NCBI GenBank assembly: GCA_965649765.1
Contig: OZ287760.1
Location: forward strand, 34,100,001 to 34,164,000
Direction of reading: 5' to 3'
Source: Bispira polyomma
Taxonomy: Eukaryota
DNA length: 64,000 bases
The position numbers and the translations under genes are program-made. The notes beneath the pieces were generated by a model, which was given only the letters and a program-made list of their open reading frames with translations, was not told where the DNA came from and did no database searches. Shown here in pieces: positions 14,101 to 27,243 of this stretch (position 1 is its first letter; every line of letters starts with the position of its first letter).

Positions 14101-16055
14101 TCTATGGTAACTACCCCTGTATAACATGGGGACAATCTCTACATTATATTGAAATTTGAATTAAGTTTAAGTTGAATTTAGTCGGGTTTTAAGTCTCTTT
14201 CAACAGCTTAGTTCATATCACAATGGCTGCATTCAACGGTGGCAGACATCAGTGCTAAAGCAACTGTAAACCACCGACCTAGGGTAAGTACCTAACAAAT
14301 TTTCCCACATGAAGGAACAAAGATGATTCCAACCCATATTGGTAACAGGCCAGTGATTGTAAAGCACGCGCTTCTAACCACTAGGCATTGTAAGTGTTGA
14401 CCCTTCTTTGTGTTCAGCAATTCCTTTTTTACTTCCATATTTCTTTCTTTTTTAATGGTCGGACTGGATCCACACCTGGCTTTGTTCAAATTACCTGTAC
14501 ATGACCTTTGAATGAATTCAACTTCTAAAGTGGTGCTATTGATAACTGATATCTATCTGAAACTAATCATATACCATCCATGCGAACAAATCAACATGAT
14601 CTTCAAACTAGGGCTGGGATGGTAGCGCAAATTTGTGACTGGGATATGCTTCTCAAAAACTAATCATATTCCGGGATACCAAAAAAAAAAAAAAAATAAC
14701 TGCAAATCGAAGACACTCTCATAAACAAAAGGTGATTGAAAAACCCATTGGAAAAATGCACATTATGCCCAGAATCGACTAAAAAGTAGTAAAACTTATC
14801 AAATATCAATAGTCTACCAACATCAAAGTTATTTTTATGATTCAACAGATGTAGTTTCTTCCTGATTTACGTTACCTTTATTTCATCACGTTATTCAGTC
14901 AAAGTGTTGCTGATACCGGGTCTAGCGTCTCACCCCTAATCCAAACAAACGTACATTTCTGAATCCTGCAGTAACTAGATGGCCTTTCTCTGTGTTATAT
15001 ACGAGTGGAGTCTTATCATGGCTCTATCTCTAGCTACAGCTCCTGCAGACAGTCTTTCACCTAAACCGTTAGCAAAACCAAGCAGCAAGAAATATGTGCC
15101 CTAAAAATCGTTCCTTTTTGTCAAATTGACAAATTAAGTTCAAGCAGAAATATTTCCACTTGTACATTTTGTCCCCAATACAGTACAAACATTTACTGAG
15201 ATAAATGAATGATACATTCATGTTTTGTACAAATACATCGAGTAACAAGGAGTTTTAGTCAGTACCAGTCAAACAAAGGCAGAAAGTCTTTTGTCGTAAT
15301 CTTTAAGTTTATTACAGATTTACAAACACACACTCAAATTGGTCCAAAATGCTTTTCTTTGCTTAAGTTACATAATAAATTATTATTAATAACATCTGGC
15401 AACACACGCACAGTTACAAGTATTTTAACTGCTTCTGTCGTAAGTACCGATATTTTTCAAAGCCCTTCAACTGCCATATCTTTATTGTACTCTTAGTGCA
15501 TTTGATACAATCTATAAACAGACAACAAAAATAACGAAAAAGGAAAAATTTATATAAATAAGTGACACCCAATTCATGATGGTTCACAAATTCTTTGCTA
15601 ATTTTACAAAATGGGAAAGTAAATGTACAAAATTTAAACTTTTATACACACAGTAATTCAAAAATGTGGCTGAGGTTATATTAAACTTCAATTTATTTTT
15701 TTAACATAGATATAACTTTTACATACAAAATACAAGTATCAGTTTCTATTTATGTCACCATTGGGGGTGTGGTTCAATGAATTGCTTAACATACTCCAAG
15801 CATGAACGGATGTTGTCAGACTCTGCTAGTAAACTTGGTACACAAATCTAAAATGAACTTGTATCGTAAATTTAAGCAAAACTATGGAGTGGAGAAGATA
15901 TTACTGATAATATATGTATAAATCTATGAATTTAGATCTTATTACTATACTCCTCTTTTCCCAGGAAATTAGGGCTTATTTTGAGACGATTGTGTGTTTA
16001 AGGTCAAGACCTTAATCTGTCCCACAGTAGGAAAATAAAGACATTTAGGACTCTT

Positions 16056-18117
16056 TATGCAGTGGTCACACTAAGCACGTTCGTATTTACGTTCGCTTCA
16101 TTTTAAACGTAGCAATAAACAAATAAACAAGAAATAAACAAAGTGAAAATTCAGAAAAACAGAACAAACAAGCAATCAGTGACCGATAAATTGGTCACAT
16201 ATTCGTTCGCTAACAGTAATTATGTCGACCTGTCAACCTAATGAACCTGTAGGCAATTTGCATCATAATAAGATGAGAAAGCTCATTTTATTGTGATTTG
16301 TGAGCTTTTTTTTGCATCAAAATCCAATGAGACATGGCTGAGATATTTAAGCTTAAATACAAATAAGATTTTGAAGCCAGTTTTACTTTAGTAAGACCTG
16401 GAAGTGGGCGGAGCCAGGCTTTCTCCATGTATACGCAAATATGACAACATGGTTGTAAAGACAAATGCGGTAAAATGTAGGCCAAATTCATTTCAAACGA
16501 GGTCACCAATTTAGCACCCTTATTAGAGTTTGTTTAACTCAACGACTGCATTATACTGGGAATTAAAGCGGGGCGCTCCCAAATTCCACCCTAAAAAATA
16601 AGATTCATGGCCGAGACATCTCTGTCGCAACACAAAATCTGCACCAAGACATCAATGAGACTAGCCTTGCTAGACTAACTCATTAAAAACATGGGTTGAT
16701 TTTGTTGGAGACCTAGAGACCAAAAAAAAAAAGTAATTAATTTTGACAAGGGCAAGTTATATGTTTGAGAAAAAATCCTTATTAATTTTAAGTAGGGAAA
16801 TAAGCCATTTTTTATTGTAATAGTAAAAACCGGGGCTTTTAAAAAGGTGTACAAAATATTGGTTCCCTTGTTGTCGGCTGTATGTTATCAGTAATAATGT
16901 TGAACGATCTTGCCGCAGGCAAGTGCTACAATATGGGGACACAGCAGTCTTCTGGAACTGAGCTGAGATTTCGGTTTTCTCGTTGTTTTTAATTATTTTG
17001 TAAACGTGGACGTGGTTTTGTAGAACTCGCTAGAGGCGCTGGGGTCACTTCCAAATTGTTTGACGTAAACAATTCTCATGAAGATCATTTTTAACTGTAT
17101 AATTTACTAAAATAAACTCTTATATTGAGTGTTTTGAAATTGCATACCTGTGGTACGCATTTAATAGAATATATAGCGTTTTGAGATAGATTTTTTACTG
17201 ATTTTCGCATACATAGGCCGTTTTTATAAATACGGGCCATTTTCAAGGCTAGAAAGTGAAGTAGAGCTGAAATACTGTTTTATTCCTTAAAGTTTCACTG
17301 TAAATTAACTTTAAACACTGGTTCTAAATATTTGCAAGAGTGACACTAACATTATTCTTATATTGAAATCACACTTATTTGATAGTATAATACCAATAGA
17401 CTTCATTAACATGCTTCAGATTAAAATACTTAACTCAAGCAGGATAATATTACTTATCAACACACTTAGCCCAACATACACCCTCCACAGTAATAAATCC
17501 CAACTCAGCATCCCACACACATACACACCCTTGTCATTCCCAAACACAGCACAGCTACCACTGACACCCCTCCCCATCCCCCACCCCACTTTACACTTTT
17601 CAGGCCAATTTCACGAAAATGCTGTCACAACACCAAATCTGCATAATCACATTAATGAGTGAGACTAGCCTTGCTAGACTCACTCATTAAAAATTAATGC
17701 ATGGGCTATTTTGTACACGTTCTATACACGTTTGTACACACATATAACACTTTTTAATAGCCGTTTCAATTATGTTTGTACGTTTTATAATAAAGTTAGC
17801 CATGCTTCTGAACACATGTCGATCTTTTTCTCCTGGTTTTTAATACAGGTGGATAGTACATCTTACTGCTGTCCTTTAAGTCATATATGCATTGAATACG
17901 TGTCATACGTTACCCGAGAACACACAAACCGTGTCGGTAAGAATGTCCCAAAAGAACTTAAATTTCATGCAGAATGAAATTTTGACATTAAGGGACTCAC
18001 GCATGCTTACATTTACTCAAGTTCACTATGCAAATGCTTACGTTTCAATTTACGTGTGCTACTTTTGGACATTTTTTGTGCGTAATCGAAACGTAAGTCG
18101 AGTGTGACCACAGCATA
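16056..18117. mobile_element. ~2-kb non-autonomous TIR DNA transposon with a probable nested insertion
   Basis: TATGCAGTGGTCACACT at 16056 versus AGTGTGACCACAGCATA at 18101-18117 (1 mismatch). An internal ~35-bp direct repeat TGAGACTAGCCTTGCTAGACT.ACTCATTAAAAA occurs at ~16657 and ~17660. Confidence 0.5.
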
Positions 18118-18582
18118 ACTGTCAACAAAAGGCTGTGAAACGAATCTATTGACACATAAAGGGAGCTGAAACACATTTAAACAACCTCAACCACAATGTT
18201 TCAGTCAACAAATGCCGATTTACTGTTTGAGTTACGAATCTCAGGGTGTTTGTAATTAGGTTTTTCATTTTAATAAGAGTCTTTCTTCAAGTTCTTGGAT
18301 TCGTAAGACAACAGTTGGGCCAGGTCCCTTCAGATTTGACTACAACAAGGTTTTAGAAGCTCTATTTTCTAGGATAGAACTATTTTAGGGGCATCCGAAC
18401 TGGGAAATAAGCACAAATCTCAGCAATATATGCAAGTATCCCAAATACACAGGAGACTAGCAATGTCACACTATGACCTTGATAGGTCACTAGGTGTAGA
18501 TGGTACACGTGGGTGACACTGGCTTCAGCCTACCCATCTTGGCCACTTCAAACACTGACATTGTTGAATTTCTATATTGCTT

Positions 18583-19356
18583 TTACCGGGTTGGCCGAGG
18601 TCAAGGGGAAGGATGTTTACCGGGTTAACCTAAGGCCAAGGGGAAGGATGTTTACCAGGCTGGCCTAAGGCCAAGGGGTAGGATGTTTACCAGGTTGGCC
18701 TAAGGCCAAACGGTAGGATGTTTACCGGGTTGGCCTAAGGCCAAAAGGTAGGATGTTTATCGGGTTGGCCTAAGGCCAAGGATGTTTACCAGGTTGGCCT
18801 AAGGCCAAGGATGTCTACTGGGTTGGCCTAAGGCCAAGGATGTTTACCGGGTTGGCCTAAGGCCAAGGATGTTTACCAAGTTGGCCTAAGGCCAAGGATG
18901 TTTACCAGGTTGACCTAAGGCCAAGGGGAAGGATGTTTACCAGAATGGCCTAAGGCCAAGGATGTTTACCCGGTTGGCCGAGGCCAAGGGGAAGGATGTT
19001 TACCCGGTTGGCCGAGGCCAAGGATGTTTACCGGGTTGGCCGAGGCCAAAGCGTAGGATGTTTACCGGGTTGGCCGAGGCCAAGGGGTAGGATGTTTACC
19101 GGGTTGGCCGAGGCCAAGAAGAAGGATGTTTACTGGGTTGGCCGAGGCCAAGGATGTTTACCGGGTTGGCCTAAGACCAAGGGGAAGGATGTTTACCGGG
19201 TTGGCCGAGGCCAAGGGGAAGGATGTTGACCGGGTTGGCCAAGGCTAAGGATGTTTACCAGGTTGGCCGAGGCCAAGGGGAAGGATGTTTACCAGGTTGG
19301 CCTAAGGCCAAGGGGTAGGATTTTTACCGGTTTGGCCGAGGCCAAAGGGAAGGATG
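18583..19356. repeat. GC-rich minisatellite, 27-34-bp units (~25 copies)
   Basis: GGATGTTTACCGGGTTGGCC(TAA/GA)GGCCAA(GGGGAA) repeated. Confidence 0.95.
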
Positions 19357-20019
19357 AAGCCAGCACCTCGTTATGTACATGTACTGATATAAAAAAAAGA
19401 AAAGATTGAGCAGATTTGAAAACTACTGGGGTGGTATTCACCAATGAGCTAAGTCTAGATATGGTCCTAAATCTAGTACAAAAAGTATACCAGATCTAAG
19501 TCAAATTAGCCTTGGCTCAGGCCTTTGATGAATACCAGCCTGGGACTAGATGAAACACTGGAGTAGGCCCATATACATAACATCAACTTAGACATGTACA
19601 AAAACACCCCATTATCTTCTAAAGATATACATAGAAAATCACCAACAATGTTTTTTGAAATATACAAATATAAAGTTTTTTTAAATTTTCAAATTGGTCC
19701 CAAACCACACACACAGCAATGGTTCAAAGCGAGGCTGAACACTTAAATAAGGAGTTTATTTATACAAAAGGTTTTTTTGCATTTAAACAGCACATAATAA
19801 AAGCTTGTGCCTGATTTAAATATACATTAAAAAAGGTGAAACACACACATGGCCATTATGTTCTATCACAGTTAGAAAATCAACTGTCTTATTTAAGCAA
19901 CAAACAATATAAACAATTATGACAACAAAAAGAAAACAATATCTAATCTATTAACAAAAACAAAGAGTTGGTCTGTACAAGCACAAATTGATTTACTATT
20001 GGAATGAACTGAAACCTGC

Positions 20020-20560
20020 TTGAGATACCACCTCTATAGACAGAGACCACATCTATGAGAGACAACCTCTTTTGAGAGACCATCTCTGTACACAGACCAC
20101 CTCTATACACAGACCACCTCCACAGAGAGACCAACCTCTATAGAGAGACCACCTCTGTAGAGAGAGACCATCTCTATAGAGAGACCACCTCTATAGAGAG
20201 ACCAACCACTATAGCCAGACTGCCTCTATAGAGAGTCCACCTCTATAGAGAGAGACCATGTCTATAGAGAGACCACCTCTATAGACAGACCACCTTTATA
20301 TACAGACCACCTCCATAGAGAGACCACCTTTATGTAAAAACCAATTTACCTCTTGAGTGAACTGAAAACTGCTCGAGAGACCACCTCTACAGAGAGACCA
20401 CCTAAATAAAGATACCACCTCTATAGGGAGACCACCTCTAGACAGACCACCTCTAAAGGGAGAGAGACCACCTCTGTAGAGAGACCACCTCTATAGGGAG
20501 ACCACCCATATAGACAGACCACATTTATAAAGACCTTTCTGTATAAAGACCACAGTTTTA
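20020..20560. repeat. ~19-bp minisatellite (AGAGAGACCACCTCTATAG)
   Basis: Directly visible tandem units in two blocks. Confidence 0.9.
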
Positions 20561-21279
20561 CTCCCCAAGACTAAATGTTTAACAATATTTAACATCTACA
20601 TAAAGACCAGCTGTCAATAGAGACCAACTCTCATCAAAGAACACCTTGGAGGGTTCCCTTGGGGGGTCTTTATATACACATTTCAATTCTTAAGGCCTAA
20701 CACCAAGACCTTTTATGGTTATGGCCCCGGGTGACGAAACAAACCTAGTGACACGTAAACAAAGTGAATCCTCCTTGGCAGAGAGGTCATTCAGTCCTAC
20801 ACGATGTACAGTCACCTCAATTACCAAAGTGTGGCACTGAACCCAGGTCAGAGGTCATATTTAACCACTTTAGTTCACTAAATTCCTCCCACCTTTGTCT
20901 CCTAGGAGGTTCAAGACACATTTTGCAAGCTTTGTGAGAGATTGGATACATAGACAAAATACAGGTCCTTTTAAGGCACCAAAGTATACTTGATCTAGAA
21001 GTCAAAGTCTCAGCTTGGCCCTGTTCTGAATAGCAGCCCAGTTTCAGACATAGGGCTCTGGGCCATATTCACTAGTGGTCTAAGCCAAGTCTTAAATCTA
21101 ACACAAAAGTCTACTAGATTTAAGCCTAAGACTTGGCTAAGTCTGGTATATTTCTGTGGGTTTTATCAACATTAACATCTTCTACAAAATAACTATAACT
21201 CAGTGTTAGGCTTTAACATGACAAATTGCAATAATTAAAAATCAAATCCATACAGTAATTTGACCTCTTTTAATAACTA

Positions 21280-21549
21280 GGGGCCATATTCACGAGAGGT
21301 CTTAGAATGACAACAGTCTTCAGCTTACGATTACAGTTTTTGATTTAGGCTGAAAATGTTCAAATTTTAGTCTGAGTCACAATAAGAAAAGATCTTTACT
21401 TAGTGTTAACTTAGCACCAACAATAAGATTAACAGTAGGCAGTTTTCTAATTATTTTACACCTAAATGTTAAGCTTAGACTAAGTTAAGACTAAGTTAAG
21501 ACTAAGTTAAGACTAAGTTAAAACTAAGACCTTTTGTGAATACGACCTC
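21280..21549. mobile_element. MITE family C (GGGGCCATATTCAC...GTGAATACGACCTC); related copies at ~19428-19541 and ~42164-42522
   Basis: Imperfect inverted termini with internal CTAAG/CTTAG motifs, seen in several copies. Confidence 0.55.
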
Positions 21550-22066
21550 AGAACTATTTGCTTGGCCAACTCACAGACAACAAATGACATCCAACTACAG
21601 TTCAACACTCTAAACAAAATATCGCAAATGTTTATTGCAACAAGTTTATTGCAACAAGACATTTCATGGCACCTTTGCTGATCCAATGCTTGTCACTGGG
21701 GTATCATTGTATATTTGTTAACAAAATGGACCATCCCTTTGCTAAGCTCTGTACCAGTTCAGCTTATTTCCTCTACGAGTTATATCCGTATCAGTGCTAG
21801 AGTTAGGGAACTAAAAGTCGCCACTGTACCTGAAATGCGTCACCTGGAAAATGTTGTGTTTTTGGTAGAATTGTGGGTAATCTTTGCTGAGATTGAGATT
21901 TTGTGACTATTTTGCCCGACTTAGCTAACTTCCAGTTACTCTTTCGTCCAGTTTTTATTGAGTTGGCTTAAACTTCAGGTTTGGTGAATGTCAGATACAG
22001 CGGCGAATTTTAGATTCCTTGCACTACATATAAACAATCATTTACCATCACAACATTTTGAAGTCG

Positions 22067-22069
<3 letters not shown>

Positions 22070-22109
<40 letters not shown>
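22070..22109. repeat. (TA)n microsatellite
   Basis: About 20 TA units. Confidence 0.95.
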
Positions 22110-22113
<4 letters not shown>

Positions 22114-22569
22114 GCTCTGCCATGAAACAAACATTGAAACCCTTATACCTTATACACAATAGGGAGTATTTACTGGGGCTATCCAATAACAGAAAGTTCT
22201 GGGTAAGATTTAATCTCGAATGTACTTCGTTGTCTGAGACACTGTCGAAGTGCTGCCGCGAATAGCCAAATAATGATCCACAAAGAGTGTAAAACAAATA
22301 TTTGAATACAAAAAATGTACTTTGCTTATCAAAAGTAGCCTGCTACAAGTCAATAACTACATATAAGACAATAAAACTACAAAAAATTCTTATGCTTTGA
22401 TCATTAATATAGGGTTACAAAAGAGATTTACAGTCTAGCCTTATCAGACTGCAGATACTTGAAGGTAACAAATACTCTTTGTTATCACCATTCCTGTGAA
22501 TACGGCCCTCGAATTACATAAAGAACTGTAAATGTCTAAAAGGGATGTCTACGTAAAATTTATTACATT

Positions 22570-23250
22570 GGGGAATGATTTTGAATCCGGGGAATGTTTA
22601 AGAATGGGTTGATGCTTATAAATAAGGTAACATGTTTATTACATCAGGGAATGTTTGTGAACAATGTTTATGAATCAGGGAATGTTTATGAACAATGTTT
22701 ATGAATCAGGGAATGTTTATGAACAATGTTTATGAATCAGGGAATGTTTATGAACTATGTTTTGAACAAGGGAATGATTATGAATCAGGGAATATTTATC
22801 ACACTAAGGAATGTTCCTGAATCAAGGAATGTTTATGTAATCAGGGAATGTTAATGTAATCAGGGAATGTTTATGAATCAGGGAAGTTTTATGAATAAGG
22901 GAATGTTTACGAATCGGGGAATGTTTTTGTTTATGAACCTGGGAATATTTATGAATAAGGGAATGTTTATGAACAAGGGAATGTTTTTGTTTATGAATCA
23001 GCGAATGTTTATGTAATCAGGGAAAGTTTATGAATCAGGGAAAGCTTATGAATCAGGGAATGTTTATGAATAATGGACTGTTTATGAATCAGGGAATGTT
23101 TTTGTTTATGAATCAGGGAATGTTTATGTAATGAGGGAATGTTTATGAATAAGGGAGTGTTTATGTAATCAGTGAATGTTTATGAATAAGGGAAAGTTTA
23201 TGTAATCAGGAAATGTTTATGAAAAAAGGAATGTTTATGAATCACTGAAT
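22570..23250. repeat. ~19-bp minisatellite (GGGAATGTTTATGAATCA)
   Basis: Directly visible tandem units. Confidence 0.95.
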
Positions 23251-24082
23251 ATAATAGACCTATTCAGACGATTCACGATTCCTTAACTAAACTTGTCCTT
23301 TAGATATACCTCTAACAATAATTTCTGTTGAACCAAGAGTAACAAAATATCTTCTACATCTAATTGACATCATGTTTTAAAGTACACAATGCAGTGTAAA
23401 CTTGCGACCAGTACAGGTGTGTAAACATGTAAACATATTGTAAACATATTATAAACATAATATAAACATATTAGCTGTGTGAAGCCATCACAAATTAGGG
23501 GTACCCATTAGGTACCTAGAGCAAAAAAATTCCAAGTACCTCAAACACAGGGTACACATCAACCACAGGTACCACTAGGTACACAAAATCAACAAGTCAT
23601 ACCACTTACATCAACCACAGGTAAACAAGGTACATCAACATAAATAGGTGATAACACTTACATCAACCACACTTGGTACATCAACATAAACAGGTGACAA
23701 GACTTATCTAAAGTACACATACTACAGTCTAGTATCTAAAATATACATCTCTTCTTTTTAATGGCACACGATATCATACACCTTTATTATATAAGATTGT
23801 GTAAACGTATATATCTGTGTTACACATACACCCCGTCACATACACAACAGAGTGGTGAGGTACCCTCCCCATACCCTCCCCCCTACCCCCCACCTCCCTC
23901 ACACTATAGAGTGGTTGGTATAGTACCCCCCCTTCCCCAAAGACACACCCTCCCCACCCCCATAACCCCACCCCTTCTTCTCACATTATAGTGTGGTAAG
24001 GTGTCGCCAAGTCTCCCCTCCCTACTTCCTCACCTCCACCCTTCCGCCCCTGCCCTCTCCCCCATGCACCCCCCACACCCCC

Positions 24083-24396
24083 TCACACTATAGAGTGGTA
24101 AGGAATCCTCTCCACACTTCCATCCACCTGTTCCTTTAACAACTCATTCGCCAAGTCCCTCCTCCCGATGTTTTCTAGTGCCACCTGTAGGGTGCCTTTG
24201 ATCTGTTCCTTGGTACCACTGGCAGAGTCTCTAAACAGCTTTAACATCTCGTAGATCTGATGTCTGGTCCGACCCTGGTTGTCCATTATTATCTGCTCGA
24301 TAATGGAGTTTGGCACGTTGAGTAGGGTAGCCAGGTGTTGCCACTCGCTGCCGATGTTCTTAGCCAATGAGTGGAGACCACGGTCTGACAGCATGC
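24083..24396 (-). CDS. Terminal exon of TM-SAM-RHIM-like-death-domain gene: death domain
   Basis: Acceptor ttctttctgtatcttacccag, phase 1. MLSDRGLHSLAKNIGSEWQHLATLLNVPNSIIEQIIMDNQGRTRHQIYEMLKLFRD...LQVALENIGRRDLANEL fits the death-domain pattern (IGxxWxxLAxxL...QxxxML...LxxALxxIGRxDLA). Confidence 0.9.
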
Positions 24397-24689
24397 CTGG
24401 GTAAGATACAGAAAGAAAATCAATAGTGTATACCATATTTAGAGGGAAGTAGATATAGACAGCACACACAAGAAACAGAGATGGAAATTGAACACTGTAT
24501 ACTTTCATACCTGAGAAGTTAAACTGCCCAAAACCTCACAGCCTTTGAGTGAAGGTCACCTTCATCACTTGGAAGTCTTAAGGTCAAACTGAGGTCAAAC
24601 CATGGGATCAGTTACTAGTCCATGACATTTACTGACACAGCATTCCACACTTTGAGTACACTGACAATTATGTCATCAGTTAGTCCTTT

Positions 24690-25022
24690 ACAATAACACA
24701 GACCATGCTACTTGTTATTTGACAAAGTAATCAGCCCCTCACAACAACACAGACCACGCCACTAGCTATCTAACAAAGCAATCAGCCCCTTACAATAACA
24801 CATACAGAACACACCACTTGTTACCTGACAAACTAATCACCCCATACAATAACACAGACCATGTCACTTGTTATCTAACAAACTAATCACCCCATACAAT
24901 AACACAGACCATGTCACTTGTTATCTAACAAACTAATCACCCCATACAATAACACAGACCATGTCACTTGTTATCTAACAAACTAATCAGCCCTTACAAT
25001 AACACAGACCATGTCACTTGTT
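24690..25022. repeat. ~56-bp intronic tandem repeat (~6 copies)
   Basis: TACAATAACACAGACCATGTCACTTGTTATCTAACAAACTAATCACCCC repeated. Confidence 0.9.
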
Positions 25023-25891
25023 CTTCACTGCAGACTGTCACTGTTGTGTTTAATGCCCTTGCCAGATATTGCTATCATTCTGACAAGGGTGCCACCATGT
25101 TGGAAATAATATGTAACACCTTCACGGATTGGTAGGGAGAAATCGACGATAGATTAATATTTGTGTCAAACATTAGAGTTTTATGTGCCAGTCACACTCT
25201 GTAAAACATTGGAGTGTCAAACATTAGAGTTTTATGTGCTAGTCACACTCTGCACCTATGTCTTTTTAAGAGACCACTCTTGTTGGAGCAGCATGCCTAG
25301 GACAAAGAGAGGTGGCAACATATGTATTCCAAATATAGCGACAAGAGTTGTCCTTTTAAAAAAGACACAGTCTGACAGGCCTTGTTTATAAATACCAGAA
25401 ATGTGCATCAAATTGTACTTTGTTGGGGATTAAATTATTTCTCTGTACCAGTCCATGAAGGTCTTACATAATATTTCTAGTACGGCGGCAAAATCTGTGC
25501 CTGATAATATAAATCTGACACTCCCTTCATTCGGCCGGGTCGACTGCTTGCAACCTATCTTTGATGACATCACAAATGACATTTTTGCAACAACTGATTA
25601 CATCAAAAACAAAAAAAGATTTTTCTTTATGTCAAATGCAGTGTACAAATAGATTTTATTCCTGTGTCCTGACAAAGGGGGGGCTGTACAACACTATTTT
25701 TTATACTGTCGATGGACCTGGCAAATACACTTGTCTGTTGACCACTAGCCGACGACTTGGCTATCTTGTTTTAGACTATCCCTTCTTTGCAATTTGGATG
25801 TTGTGCTTTAGAAGGTACCTGGCATCATTAATGTGCATTAAAAAAAATCCATCCAGCCATACATTTCGCCCCCAGTGTTGACTTCACCTAC

Positions 25892-25963
25892 CGTTGAAGT
25901 CCTTTGCACTCTTTGGTTTTGAGAGAATTGGAGACACGACCTTGTCACTGACACCATTGGCCC
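25892..25963 (-). CDS. Death-domain gene, 72-nt linker exon (phase 1-1)
   Basis: tatttacag|GGGCC...AACG|gtaggt; GANGVSDKVVSPILSKPKSAKDFN. Confidence 0.75.
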
Positions 25964-26754
25964 CTGTAAATACATATAGTGAAACAATCAACGATTGTAA
26001 TGGTTTCCCGACAGTGGATATGTGTCTAAACACTTGCGTGTGGATACGTGTAAAAAAGTGTGAAAGTGTATCACCTCTCTCTGTTACTAAAGATTTTTAC
26101 CATTGTTTGAAAATTATGGGAATTCAAAGATAGCCGCCAAAATTTTGAAAATCTCAATATTTAGCCCAAACTGTACCTTTTCTCCCAGAACGGTTAAAAT
26201 TGGCTCAGATTTAATCGGCATCCTTTCTACCCCAGAGGGTCAAAATTGTCCTAGAACCGTTCAGCCGACAGATAATATGGAAGTATATACTCATCTCTGT
26301 GGTGAACAATGCTGCAAGGTTGTCAACCACCTCTCTCATATTTTAATGTGCTCTTTAAGTACCTAAGGTGCAGGAGAAATCTGTAAATTTGACTTTAGAA
26401 TGCCTGTTAGAAACCGTAATATGTTGTCCTTTGTTTGTTGTCAAGTATAAAAGTCACATATTTATGGCAACATAATTTACAAACACCAAAACATATACCA
26501 TATTAGTTTTACTATGTAATGTTCACACTTGATTTATCACTGTAGGAAACATACTTTATGCCAATTCATTTGGAGTTGGTTATTAAGTAATGACAGTGTT
26601 GACTACTCGGTTAATGCTTGCTAGAACTCTTCTTACTGGGCAATATACTTTAATAATGCACACATGCACAGATCTCAGGGGACGATACAGTATCATAATG
26701 CCCTCTTGATGACAATATAACACTATATCTTCCCTCCTCTGACACCTGAATTAA

Positions 26755-27110
26755 TAAAGAGGGCAATATGGTATCTCAGCAGTCTTCTAGTGATCCCTCC
26801 ATTGATATTAAGGGCAATATGGTATCATAACAGCCTTCTAGTGACAAACTTGCATTGAAATCGAAAGCAATAGAGTATCATAACAGCATTTTTGTGATCC
26901 TGCATTGAAATTAAGGGCAATACAGTATCATAACAACATTTTAGTGGCCCTGCATTGATATCGAGGGCAATATGGTATCATAATGGCCTTCTAGAGACCC
27001 CTGCATTGATAACAAGGGCAATACAGTATCATATTAGCCTTCTAGTGGCTCTTGCATTGATATTGAGGTCAATAAGGTATGATAGCAGCCTTGTAGTGGC
27101 CAATGCGCTC
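26755..27110. repeat. Degenerate ~50-bp tandem repeat
   Basis: AGGGCAATATGGTATCATAACAGCCTTCTAGTGA..TGCATTGA units. Confidence 0.8.
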
Positions 27111-27144
27111 ATATGGGGCTTTTGACCCGATTTACCCACAATAC

Positions 27145-27243
27145 CTTGTAGCTCAATAGAAGACGAGGCTCCAAAAAAAACGCTCCTTCCTTCGTCAATG
27201 ACATCAAATGAGTGACCAGTACTCTTAGTTCTGGGTAGTCCCT
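27145..27243 (-). CDS. Death-domain gene, 99-nt exon carrying a RHIM-like motif (phase 1-1)
   Basis: gtgtttacag|AGGGACTACCC...CTACAAG|gtattg; EGLPRTKSTGHSFDVIDEGRSVFFGASSSIELQ. Confidence 0.7.

Noticed and set aside
24397-24508. Hydrophobic N-terminus of the 141-aa death-domain ORF as a signal/TM segment
   Set aside because: It is intronic polypyrimidine sequence upstream of the acceptor at 24396.
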